A program made the translations under genes and the position numbers. A stretch of DNA of 64,000 nucleotides, from the NCBI RefSeq assembly GCF_001194135.2, contig NC_069001.1, forward strand, positions 30,318,310 through 30,382,309. The letters are read 5' to 3'. How positions within the stretch are numbered: the stretch's first letter is position 1; each line of letters begins with the position of its first letter. This document shows positions 52,017 through 64,000 of the stretch, one piece after another. The notes under the pieces are model-generated. The model was not told the origin of the DNA. It was given only the letters and a program-made list of their open reading frames with translations, and searched no databases. The DNA is from Octopus bimaculoides. Lineage: Eukaryota.

Positions 52017-53039
52017 TATTTTCTTTGAAAGTGCCTGTTACAAATCATTCCCGTCTGGATGATCAATTTCTGTGTATGTCATTTCTACAATTTCTTATGT
52101 TTTTTATTACGTAACTTCAAGTCGTGGCACGAACACTAGAGAGGAAATTATTTTTGAACGTAGAATCATTTTGTTTACTGTCAATAAAAACTGTCTGTAG
52201 CTGTAAAGAGAACGCCCCTCAACCAAAAATAAAAGTCTGATAGCAAATTCGTTTACAGAGAATGAAGAAGATTCTTCTGTGAGATCGCTCACATGTCATA
52301 ATAAAGATTTGCTATTTCTATGAACAGTTGCTAGACTCTTGAAGTATTCTATGCACATTTTGGAACATCGACAGCCATACAACTGCAGCATACGCACATA
52401 GTTTAAAAGAGAAAATAGTTGAATTATTATTGAAATCAATGGACGTAATTTTACCAGTATTGTATAGGAATATTTCTGACATGGAACAAACAGAGTGAAA
52501 GTAAGCAGCAGGACAATGGTCAAAAGTGAAGGCTACAAGACTTGTTTTACATTACGCCATAAGACCTTTCATTGCTCCATCAATTATTAGAAGTGTGATT
52601 TCCGTTTCATATGCTACTAGAGGTTATATCGTTCTCTCGCTGTCGACTGCTTGTCCAGAATCATTTATTCCATAAATGACAAATATATTCAGGCTAGACT
52701 GAATCATTTGACACTCAGTTTTGTGGAAGAATTAACGGAGAATCTAGCCTAAAGGCGAGGGGTATATGCGAGTTGTTTTCAAACTGAGTGTTATTTGATG
52801 GAAAAGATCGAATAAGAAAGCCACACACATGAGCATAGTGATACGTCACAAAACATGGTGTGGGATAGAATTAGGAAAACTAAAGTATAAGTATCAGTGA
52901 CATTGCTCTTAGAAATAGCACTGAGAGTTATTGCATGGAAATGTAATTTTACCTTCGGAATAGCTAGAATAATATGTGCCCCGGAGCAGTTAATAATTTT
53001 TACATTCTAATGATTTCGGTCATTAGACAACTGCCTTGA

Positions 53040-53405
53040 TGGGGCACCGCCTTGAAGAATTTTTCGCCGAATGGATTAATCTCAGTACATAGATTTTTGT
53101 TAAACCCGACACTTATTCTATCGGAAACTTTGGTCGAAGGGCTAACTTACGGGGACGTAAACATACCAGCCGCTCGTTAAGTTGTGGTCGGGAAAAACAC
53201 ACACACATATACGCGCACGCACGAACACGCACATACATACTCACACACACATACATACTCACACACACATACACACATGTATACGTACGATTGGTTACTT
53301 TCAGTGGTCGGCCCGTGGCTATATTAGAAAACCAAGGTGCCACGCAGTGAGACTGAACCCAGAAAGGTGCGGTTGAGCAGCAAGCTTCTTACAACACGGC
53401 TACAC
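53040..53405 (-). mobile_element. CORE-like SINE, family B
   Basis: CCAAGGTGCCACGCAGTGAGACTGAACCC and CTAACTTACGGGGACGTAAAC match family B in reverse. Confidence 0.8.
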
Positions 53406-53686
53406 TTTTAGGGAACCTCAAAAATTCCTAGAGACAGTAAGGTAATTCTATGACGAGCTAAACGGAAGATCCAGCAGAATGTGTCAGAACAAAGCAAAAG
53501 CTGATAAAATTGATGATCACAACAAAAATTGTACACGATAAAACGATGGAAATCGCAACTACTGGCTAAAAGAGGTTCACCAATTTTATGCCTGATTAAA
53601 ATGTTTCTAAGGTCAAAATATACGTATGTATGTATGTATGTGTAACTTAGTTAATGCACGGTGATCGTTTATAAACATTAAGCGTG

Positions 53687-53727
<41 letters not shown>

Positions 53728-53829
53728 AGTTGGGTACAGGAAAAGATGTAGTCAACTTCACTCTTCCCCCAAAATTGCTGGCGCCTTATTATTGAATGAG
53801 AGGAGGTACCGGAAAAAAATGTGCTTGTC

Positions 53830-54520
53830 GACATTCCGTCCACATTTACGTTCTCAGTTCAGATTTCGTTGGATGTTGACTCTTCCTTTCATATTTAAGG
53901 GGTCGATAAAATAAATACCGGTTGTGCATTGCGGTAGATATGATCGACTGAAACCCCAACCTACCCACTCTTATGAAATGGTTGAACGTGTGTCAAAATT
54001 TCGAACCAATATTATTGAATGAGTAACAATTATCCTTGTTATCGTTACAAGGCGGAGGAGTTGCCGAAACGTTTGCACGCCGGGCGAAATGTTTAGCGGT
54101 ATTCCGTCTCCCGTTACGTTCTGATTTCAAATTCCGCTGAGGTCAACTTTGCCTTTCATCATTTCGGGGTCGATAAATTAAGTACCAGTTGCGCATTGGG
54201 GTCGACGTAATCGACTTAATCCCTTTGTCTGTCCTTGTTTGTCCCCTCTATGTTTAGCCCCTTGTTGGCAATAAAGAAATAATAAGAAGCTTGCTTACCA
54301 GCCACATGGTTCCCGGTTTAGTCCCACTGTGTGGCAACATGGGCAAGTATATATGTGTGTCTGTGTTTGTCCCCGCCACCATCACTCGACAAACGATGTA
54401 GGTATGTTTACGTCCCTGTAACGTAGCGGTTCGGCAAAATTGACCGATAAGTCCTGGTCACGATTTGTTCGACTAAATGCGGTACTCCATAATGGTGGCG
54501 TTGCAATGAGTGAAACCACT
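53830..54520 (+). mobile_element. Adjacent SINEs: two family A copies followed by a head-truncated family B copy
   Basis: Family A cores near 53875 and 54140; the tail AAATAATAAGA runs directly into AGCTTGCTTACCAGCCACATGG of family B at about 54288. Confidence 0.8.
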
Positions 54521-55598
54521 AAAGTAATAAAAATTAATATTGTTACTACGACTGCTGGTGTTCCTTTTTGTGTCCTTATGTTTCCATATGCTGTGTATAC
54601 AATAAAAGTTACTTATTTACTGTGATATATTTTGCACCGTCTCAGTTTTGTTGGAAAACTTATACACATTGAGACAATGGTTTTAACTAATTTATTTATG
54701 TATTTATTTATTTTCTTATCTTAATGAGCAAGACCGCCTACGGGCTTTTAAGATTTAAAATAACTGAACGTTTCAATAAAGAAAAAAAAGACATATTCAG
54801 AAAGCAACAACATCTGCTGAATGGAAGAGTGATTTATTTTTTAATTATTTACCTTTCTAATTAGAAATCCGCATCTTCACCTGCACATGAATATGTATGT
54901 CTGTATACGTGTGAGTGTGAGTATGTTGGTGTTTGATTTATAAACAGGAATAGTAGACAGACAAATCAAAACTAATAGCAATGGAATAATGACAGAACGA
55001 ACAACGGTAAATGTGAATGCATGGGCATACTTTTAAATATTTATACTTAACGTAACTATGGGATTAATGTACTTGTGAGCACGTGAAATACGTTGAACAT
55101 AATCAGAATATAAATCCGTAAATCTGCTCTAATTACAGCAGCTCATTGGTACATCTCCAAAACAAATTACTTAAGATATTACTTGCTATTACTATGCCAA
55201 ATATTGAAATAACTTTGCGTTGATACAGAATAGCATGCATCCAATTACAGCAGGTGACAGGAAACTCACAAAGGAGAATACCCACACAGGCATGGAACTG
55301 TGTGCACATGCCCATAAACAGACACACATCAATGCGTGTCTGATTGTAGGCTCACGTGTATATAAGTGGATGTATAGGCATATATATAAAGTTTAGGCTA
55401 TATGTATACAAATATGTATATGTATATACATATACACGGTGGTGCACCAGCATGACCGCAGCCACTTGGCTGAAACACATAAATAAATAAATATATATGT
55501 ATCTATCTATATATGTATGTGTGTGTGTGTGTGTGTGTTAATGTATGTAGATATGTGTGTATATATATATATGTATATATCTGTATTTATATGTATCT

Positions 55599-55629
<31 letters not shown>

Positions 55630-57175
55630 TATCTATTCATATCTGGCTACATCACTATCGATATGTGTGTGGATAGTTGGATGTTCTGAATAATTAATTA
55701 TACTCAACGTTCTTCTGGAATTTTTCCCTGATGACACCAAAGTTCGCTATGGAAGTATTATTACTAGACATGATCACACTCGGGGCAGTACTGTACAAAT
55801 TTCAATTTGAAAAGTCAGTCAAGTTTCATTTCTCATTATGTTGTGGTGAATGATTTCATAAACAATGAATCAATGACAAATTTTCATATACTCCATGTCA
55901 TCAATATTCACACTTCTCGTTTTGAAAACCACGTCAACTACTTCGTTAAATATATTCGACGTTAGAGGTTTGATTCAGAATTTCGATTCCTACTTGATGA
56001 TTGCTTCTTCTGCAAATCTGTTATGTCTCAGTTCATTACTATAAAGTCTTTGAAAGCAAATCACTTTCTGCAAACTGGCATGACACGTTTTCTGATCCTG
56101 ATACACAGCGCACGCCATAAAAAGGACGTCGCACTGCCAAAATTAGTCTAACATACGAAATACCAAATTTTCGCGTTTTCTTTTCATAGTGGCTAACGGG
56201 AATCCATATATTTTTAAAGCTAATAGAGGCCTAAACAACACCAGTTTTAATTTACTCACTTGTCAAGTCGCAGCAGTCCTCGCGTATCCCAATCTTCTTT
56301 CTTTTTTTTTTTTGCCGTGAGGATTCGGCATTCGAATGATTTATCGGCACATGATTATCTTTGTCATGAAGTTATTTAGGCAGAATTCCGGCAGCAGTGA
56401 TCTCATATTGTGAAAGCTTGGAATAAGCCCTTCCTCCATTAAAATATTGAATGATTTCTATAATACATACATTTTGTTACAACCCGAACAATTTCTGTTT
56501 TTGCTGTATTATATCTTCAGGTGTAATTTGGAATATTAAGTTATTTATATATGGTGTTTATATATGGTATTGTTAAACGCTGATGTTAGTTGAATAATTT
56601 AAATGAAAAGAAAAGTTGTCGGGGGGGGGCGATGCATACCCAGTGCGTACACGAGGATAAACTGAAATTTAATTTAATAATCTTGGACGAATTCATATTT
56701 CAACAAAATTACATTAAGAGTTTTCTCCTATCGCTTATCGTTTATGCATATGGAAACAAAGAAAAACAAAATCTTAATTCACGAAACCGAAATTTAATGA
56801 GTTCAAATCACTCACCCAATGGGTATTTCTGACAAATTTGGTGAAAATCCGTTCAGACAAAGTGGAGCGACTACAATCTCCTGCATTCGTTTACCCGTTT
56901 ATATGTGATGAATTTCAGCAGTCAAAGTAAAGATGGAAGAAATATAAGTTCGATATTTCTTTATTGCTCAAGGCTGAAAAATTTCATAGTGGAGATTGGA
57001 CTTTGTAAGTTGTGGAAGATCAGGAACGCACTTCCACAACTGAGCATTATTATAGAAGTGGACTTACGGGGTAAAGTTCAGCTGCTAGCGTAGAACTAAA
57101 AACTACTCAGAAAACTACTATTTTTAAATCTTACAACGTGCGATATTTAGCAACAGTACTTTGTACTCAAGATTG

Positions 57176-57415
57176 TTTGCCAACATAACATGGCAGTCAT
57201 GGTTTAGGATTAATGTTGCTGTAATTTAGCACCAGGAATAACCCGGATATCACGATACACATATATTCTTTGAGCTGAATGGGGGTGCTAGGTTCTCTTG
57301 TTCGAAAATATAAGGACACAGATCGTGTCGTATAGCCAGCTGGAAACAATCTCTCCTGAGGCTAAATTACAGCAACATTCCTCCTAAACCAGGACTGCTA
57401 TGTTATTTTGGCAAC
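57176..57415. mobile_element. MITE with about 54-bp terminal inverted repeats
   Basis: TTGCCAACATAACATGGCAGTCATGGTTTAGGATTAATGTTGCTGTAATTTAGC vs GCTAAATTACAGCAACATTCCTCCTAAACCAGGACTGCTATGTTATTTTGGCAA. Confidence 0.8.
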
Positions 57416-60046
57416 ATTTGCAATAGAATGGAGAGAATACCTCGGGAAATGGATGCTACATGGTCGGAGCCAAAAACAATCAGTGTTACCAAGTCTTCAC
57501 TTGTAATTCGTTAACAATTCAAAGTCGATCCGTTTCCCGATCACATTTTCAAATTTGACAAACCATGAACTTTATTCTAAGTGGTTCGGTGCATTACAAT
57601 GACCATCAATAAGCAGAAAGCTGTTTCTCAAATCAAAACTGCATTCCAAGAAAAAGTATGATAACGGTATTTTAGTTTCCAATTGGAATCATTTGATATG
57701 ATTTCCTGAAGTCTGTGAAAATATCACTGCTGAAAAATATTGCCAGGAAATCGTTAAAATTCACCAAAAGCAGCCAAGTCTACCTCTCGAAATGGCCAAT
57801 TCAAATGGATCAATTGTTCACCATGAAGACATTTGACAACGTATGACTCGACATAAATTGAAATAACTTATATAAATTGTGATTTCGTTTGAATTTCTAC
57901 ATCGTCTCGTCTTTAGTTTGCACAATTCGTATAGCTGGGCAATTACATTACAGATTCCCTCACGTTACGTTCAAATATGCCTCGTCAATAAATCATTATT
58001 TTGTGTTTTTTTAAGATAATATTCAAACAATGAATATCATTATTGCTGGAAAACAAGAATTATTACGATTTCAAAATTGACATTGTGCATTTTTTAAAAA
58101 TATGACATATTTTCAAAATAGTATAATTATTGTTAAAAATATAAAACTGTAATTATCTAACAGCAAAGAAGTATAATTACTTAAGAATCATAACTATTTC
58201 AAAGATAAGGATTATTAATTAATTATTCCGAAAATTTATTATTCAAAAAATATCAATTTCGCTTATCTTAAAAAGAAGCACAATTTCTCAAATTGAAGAT
58301 TCTTTAAAAATTAAAGTCAACAGGAATTGGACTATAACAAATATTATTATTGCCACCATCCCCACTCTGCTCATGGCCACCACCATGGAATTTTTAATTG
58401 TTCGGTGGCCTGCAGTTATTATCAATGATAAAAGTACTTCCATTTTCTAATAAATATATAATATTCACAAGTCAATTTTGAAACAATAAATGCCTTAAAG
58501 AGAATTAAAATTCGTAAAAGATATTAAATAATAAGGATATTTTAAATACTGTTTCACATTAATTTTATCATCATCAAATTAATATTTCTAAATATCTAAA
58601 AATTCATTATTTACAAGGAAAGCACTTTGTGAACTCAAATTTCTAATAATAAATATATATTTAAAAGTATTTTTTTCAAACGTGACCTCTTCAGCACCGT
58701 TAACGCAACAAAATCCATACAATATCTGTGTCTACGAATTGCATAATGTTCGTTCTTATTCTATCATTTATCTTTTATTTGTTTCAAATATTGAAGCGCG
58801 GGTTTGCGGGTACTTAGTCGAACAAAGCTACCTTTTTCACATATCTTTAAAGCCTAGTATTTATTCTATCGGTCCACTTGCGAATTGTTAAGTTAATGAA
58901 ACATAAACAAACCGAAATCCGATGCCGATCTGTATTGAAACAAACACGAATACATACACATATATACAAACAGAAGACTCGCTTCTTTAACTTTTCGCCT
59001 ACGAATTCCTCTCTCTAGGCTTTGGTCATCCATATGCTATAATAATAGATGACAATTCTTCAACATGCCATACACTGGGATTGAAACTGGAGGTACGAGG
59101 TCGAAACTCCTTACAGCACAGACATGCCTGAGCTTATAAGAAAATAAATCACCTTAATACGCATTGCAATGATCTCGAACTTCGAGTCTTATGCATGCAA
59201 AGCAAACTTGCCAATCCTACATCTATGCACCTTGCTGGGAAACACATAATTTCTATCTTTACGAAAGGGTTCTCATCATTTGTAAAATAATTATAATCCT
59301 TATGTAAAAATATAACAAGAGACATTTTACCTGTGAGTGTGTTAAATTATAAGCACCGAAAGAGAACGACTCTCCCCAGATATAACAAGAGATATTTTTG
59401 AAAACAAAAGTATTTTCAATTAAGGAAATGGGTAGTTTATAAATATGTAATTATCTTTTTAAATATGTTTAAGTAAAAGATTATTATTTTCATTAAACAT
59501 TTATTAAAAATATTAATTCGTATATAAATGCAGAGAAATATTAATATGAAGAAATAAATATATCGTGAATTATTGCAAATATTACAAAATTATGAATTCT
59601 TACTGCTTAAAATGTATAATTATCATTGTTATTATTATTATTTAAGATATCGCACAGTATCCAATATATCGATGTTGTGGATTGCAGATATTTTTCTACC
59701 GGGAATTTATAGAGTCTGTCAAGTTATAACACGGATCTCAAACAGATAGTACTTTACGCAATATGCTTATAGTTCCAAGTAATGCCGATTTTTGCAATAC
59801 ACATAGACTGTAGGTTATTTCTAAAGTTTCCATTAGTTTCTTTATGTTGGGTGGTATCGAACCCAATGCTCCGATGACAACAGGGACAAACTTTGTTTGA
59901 CTAACGTAGATGCCGCATCTTGACTATTTCAATTCTCATGTCTCCATATTTATGAATCTTTTCTCTTTCTTTCATGATAATATATTGATCTCCTGGCACT
60001 GCAACGTCGATTATTAGGCACACTTGTTTGTCCCAACTAAAGATTA

Positions 60047-60420
60047 CTATGCCCGGCCTTCGGTTCTATAACAACTTTTCTGTTTGCAAGTCACAGTCCC
60101 AGAAAATGTTGCCTTCCCTTTTCGGTCCATTACCTCTTCTCTTGTATGCTGGTACCACGCAGCTTTTACCAGCATAGTAGCCAATGAAGGTTTTTGCGCT
60201 ACCTTGTCGTGTATGCGCTTGTACTCTTTGCGCAAAGCTTTCACAAGTACTAACAATGCGAGTCACGTTTTCGTCCCTCTTGTCACACATTCTGCACATG
60301 TTCATTGCACTTGGGGTGGGGGTATATATCCCTTTTCACTGAGCTGGTATTCAATGCCTGATCCTGGCAAGCGATGGTTAGGCTTTCAGACTTCTTCTGT
60401 CGGTCACCCTCGCTGAACCA
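60047..60420 (-). pseudogene. R4/Dong-like LINE fragment: CCHC knuckle and start of RLE
   Basis: KSESLTIACQDQAL, MCRMCDKRDENVTRIVSTCES, KEYKRIHDKVA, AWYQHT, IFWDCDLQTEKLL*NRR; frameshifted. Confidence 0.85.
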
Positions 60421-60504
60421 CCTCTATGACGCTTCTTGGTATTTTAAATTGTTAGTTTCAAGGTGGAACTGACCATTTAATTCCATGCGGAGTAGAGTAT
60501 CATG

Positions 60505-60955
60505 CGGTGAGCTGGCAGAATTGGTAGCACGCCGGATGGTGCGCATAGCAGCGTTACGTCCGTCTTTACGTTCTGAGTTCTAATTCCGCATAGGTCGACA
60601 TTGCCCTTCATCCTTTCGATGTCGATAAAATAAGTGGCAGCTGAAAACTGGGATCGATGTAATCAACTCATCTTCTTCGCAAATTGCTGCCCTTGTGGCA
60701 AAACCTAAAACGATTACTATTGTGATACAGACGACTTATTTTTATCACAAACATTGGTGCCAAGCGATGGCGGTGGTGTGACAAACACAGACACACAAAC
60801 GCATTCACATATATACGACGGGCTTCTTTCAGTTTCCGTCCACCAAATCCACTCACAAGTCTTTGGTCGGCCCGAAGCTAGAGTAGAAGAGACTTGCCGA
60901 AGCTGTGACGCAATAGAACTGAACTCGGAACCATGAGGTTGGGAAACAAGCCTAC
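60505..60955. mobile_element. Family A SINE (+, 60505-60715) abutting a partial family B SINE (-, 60750-60955)
   Basis: Head and core motifs as in the other copies. Confidence 0.8.
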
Positions 60956-60986
<31 letters not shown>

Positions 60987-60987
60987 T

Positions 60988-61016
<29 letters not shown>

Positions 61017-61023
<7 letters not shown>

Positions 61024-61144
61024 TCACTCACTCACTCACTCACTCACTCACTCACTCACTCACTCACTCACTCACTCACTCACTCACTCACTCACTCACT
61101 CACTCACTCACTCACTCACTCACTCACTCACTCACTCACTCACT
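61017..61144. repeat. (CACT)n tetranucleotide array, about 32 units
   Basis: Uninterrupted CACT repeat following (CA)n. Confidence 0.95.
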
Positions 61145-61534
61145 CTCACATGCGCGCGTTCACAGAAGCAAACACGCGCATGTTCACAGAACACATGCAG
61201 TAACCACTACATTAGGCCGAAAATTATTAAAAAAGAACATTATATTTATTCAGGCTGTTTTGTTTCTGAAAAAAGTTTTTAAATGTTAACGAAATCGAAT
61301 TTATAGTCGGAGCTGATAACATAATCCCATAATTTTATTAGAGAACTATAAATTTTTCAGCAGAAACAGAATGGTTGCTACTCATAAAAAACAAAATTCC
61401 TACGGGATCTGCTGCTTTATTTTATTCTAGCCAAAGATCGCACCGTCATACTCGCATTCTAAAACTGAAATATTTCCTTATATAGATTTATTGATACATT
61501 TTTCTTCACTTTCATATTCTCTCTTTTCTTTCTC

Positions 61535-61920
61535 TTCTACTTGTTTCAGTCATTTGACTGCGGCCATGCTGGAGCACCGTCTTTAGTCGAGCAAATCGAC
61601 CCCAGGACTTATTGTTTGGAAGCCTAGTACTTATTCTATCGGTGTCTTTTGCCGAACTGCTAAGTTACGGGGACGTAAACACAACATCATCGGTTTTCAA
61701 GCGATCTGGGGGGGGGGCAAACGTATACACACACACACACATATATATATATACATATATACGACGGGCTTCTTTCAGTTTCCGTCTACCAAATCCACTC
61801 ACAAGGCTTTGGTCGGCCTGAGGCTATAGTAGAAGACACTTGCCCAAGGTGCCACGCAGTGAGACTGAACCCAGAACCATGTGGTTGGTTAGCAAGCTAC
61901 TTACCACACAGCCACTGCTG
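61535..61920 (-). mobile_element. CORE-like SINE, family B, near full length
   Basis: GAAGACACTTGCCCAAGGTGCCACGCAG (reverse of CORE-like CCTTGGGCAAGT); both modules present. Confidence 0.9.
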
Positions 61921-61970
61921 CACCATATATATAATATTGCTGTGTTTCGTTTCGTAATTACTTAATTTAG

Positions 61971-62180
61971 AAGGCGGTGAGCTGTCAGAAACGCTAGCAC
62001 GCCGTGCGAAATGCTTAGCCGATTTTTTGATTGCCGCTACGTTCTGAGTTCAAATTCAACCTGGTTCGACTTTGCCATTCATCCCTTCGGGTTCAATTAA
62101 ATAAGTACCAAGTTATGCACTGGGATCGATGAAATCGATTAGCTCCCTCGATTAGGTCTTGTGCATATACTGGAAACGAT
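61971..62180 (+). mobile_element. tRNA-derived SINE, family A
   Basis: AAGGCGGTGAGCTGTCAGAAACGCTAGC...GAGTTCAAATTC...TTCGACTTTGCCATTCATCCC. Confidence 0.8.
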
Positions 62181-62284
62181 AATTACTTAATATAGAATAT
62201 ATTAAAATAGTAAAAAGTAAACAAATAGAATATAGTTCCTAAATGCTATGTAATGCATTCTATGTTTATTGTATTGCCATATGA

Positions 62285-62605
62285 CGGTGCGTGGTTAAGC
62301 GGTTACGGTATTCGGTGTCAGATCGTAAGTTCCAGAGTTCGATTCCAGCAGCGCGTTATATCCTTGAGCATGACGTATTATTTCACGTTGCTCCGGTTCT
62401 CTAAGCTCACGAAAAGAAGCTGCAGCTGTAATTTAAAGGGCCATCCTTGTTACTTTCTCTATCACACTGAATCTCCTTCAGAAAAACTCTAGGGGTACTC
62501 GTTTTTGTGGAGTGCTCAGCCACTTGCACGTTAGTGTCACGAGCAGGTTGTTCTGCTGATTGGCTCAAATGGAGCACTCCTCGTCGAAACCGACGGAGTG
62601 CCAAT
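62285..62605 (+). mobile_element. tRNA-derived SINE, family C
   Basis: 3' end GCTCAGCCACTTGCACGTTAGTGTCACGAGCAGG...GACGGAGTGCCAA shared with the 1823-2213 copy. Confidence 0.75.
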
Positions 62606-63489
62606 GCTGCTTTGTGTTCGGAATATCAGGAAAAACATTCCTCAAGGGAAGTGCTATCTTTAATATATTTGATTTTCATTGCTACTACATAAAGTCGTTT
62701 ATCCAGTAATATCATGTAAGTTTTTTTAATGATTTCTATTCACTGTTATTTGCTGACGAAGTTAATTAAGTATACGTGCATGTGTGTGCTTTTGATTTAT
62801 GTAGGTTCTTGTGTATGTGCATTTACATACACATTTATACATTTCTCAGTTCTATTTTATTTTCAAACAGTGTGCATAGAAACCTCATTCGTCTTTCGGA
62901 TGGCACATTTAGAATCATCAAATTTAACAATGCGTTTGAAAAATTTAAGAGAAAACTTCGTTGTTCTTAAGATCACTGCTTGTTTTTTTTTTTTTGGACA
63001 TGTTGCTGTTATCATGATATCTGTTTTTAAAGAAATTGTCATTGGTATTGCTTTTGCGTTCGCAACTGCTAATTTTTTTTCTTTCGTTGTTTGGTCTTAT
63101 CCGTTTAGAGGTCATTAATGAATGCAACTTATTGCCCGAAAGGGAAAAGAAACGAACAAAGACAATAAATAAACAAGATGAAGACATAACAATATCAGAA
63201 AAATCTCACGATAAGATTATTTCCATATATTAAGATTGCCTGAAAGAAAATTCTTAATGCATTCTAAACGAAATTAGAAGCCAAAAATTAAATCAATACA
63301 TATATTATTACAACAATACAAAATAAAGATAATTTTCAAGAAAGAAAATAAGAATGAACAAAAAATGCCGACAAACCAAAAAAAAAAAAACAATAAAACG
63401 ACAAAAAGACAATGTGAAATGTTATTAAAAAACAACGGTAAATATAAATAGTGAAAGTATTAGAAAAAATACTTAAAAACAACAAAACC

Positions 63490-63704
63490 ATGTTGACGAT
63501 TATAATGATGATGATGACAATAATGATAATAAAATAATAATAATAATAATAATGTTAGTGAGAGTAATGATTATTATCATAGCCAGCACCAACGTCAGCT
63601 TCATCAGCATCATCAACTTCATCAACATGGCGACGCTGACTGTGATGAAGTTGGTGACGATAATGACGATGGTGATGATGATAACAATCGCAGTAGTTGT
63701 AGTA

Positions 63705-63737
<33 letters not shown>

Positions 63738-63902
63738 GTGATGATGCCGATGATGATGATGATGATGATAGTGACCGACCATCACTATGACAACGATGTC
63801 TAGAACACAAAGAATCAAAATCTTGGAATAAAAAAAAACCCACATTAAAACAATAATTTCAATACAACAATACTGACAATAATAAAAACAACAACAACAC
63901 TT

Positions 63903-63943
<41 letters not shown>

Positions 63944-64000
63944 GCTACCACAACAACTTCTACAAATAATAATAATAATAGGAACCATAATAATAATAAT
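63490..64000. repeat. Mosaic trinucleotide low-complexity tract (AAT, GAT, TAG, CAT, AAC, TAC)
   Basis: Directly visible. Confidence 0.9.

Noticed and set aside
63552-63845. His/Tyr/Met/Ser-rich ORFs at the window end
   Set aside because: Mosaic trinucleotide repeats are open in several frames on both strands and show no domain.

Overview
AT-rich, repeat-dense animal non-coding DNA (intronic or intergenic). The SINE, microsatellite and LINE complement points to a coleoid cephalopod, most likely Octopus (inference, no search run). No intact host protein-coding gene is recognisable, and almost all ORF-track ORFs are read through microsatellites, N gaps or decayed transposons. The window holds four assembly gaps at (TA)n or (CT)n tracts and dozens of tRNA-derived SINE copies in three abundant families, three with readable target-site duplications. 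It also holds decayed R2-group (R4/Dong-like, restriction-like endonuclease) LINE fragments, one Tx1/L1-clade 3' fragment, several Tc1/mariner remnants and MITEs. The most notable signal is a fourth repeat family that joins a tRNA-like Pol III head, an (AAT)n linker and a minimal type I hammerhead ribozyme. The ribozyme has a palindromic AACGTT helix III, and its helix I covaries between the two copies at 11.24 kb and 13.9 kb. All coordinates were read by eye and repeat boundaries are approximate.
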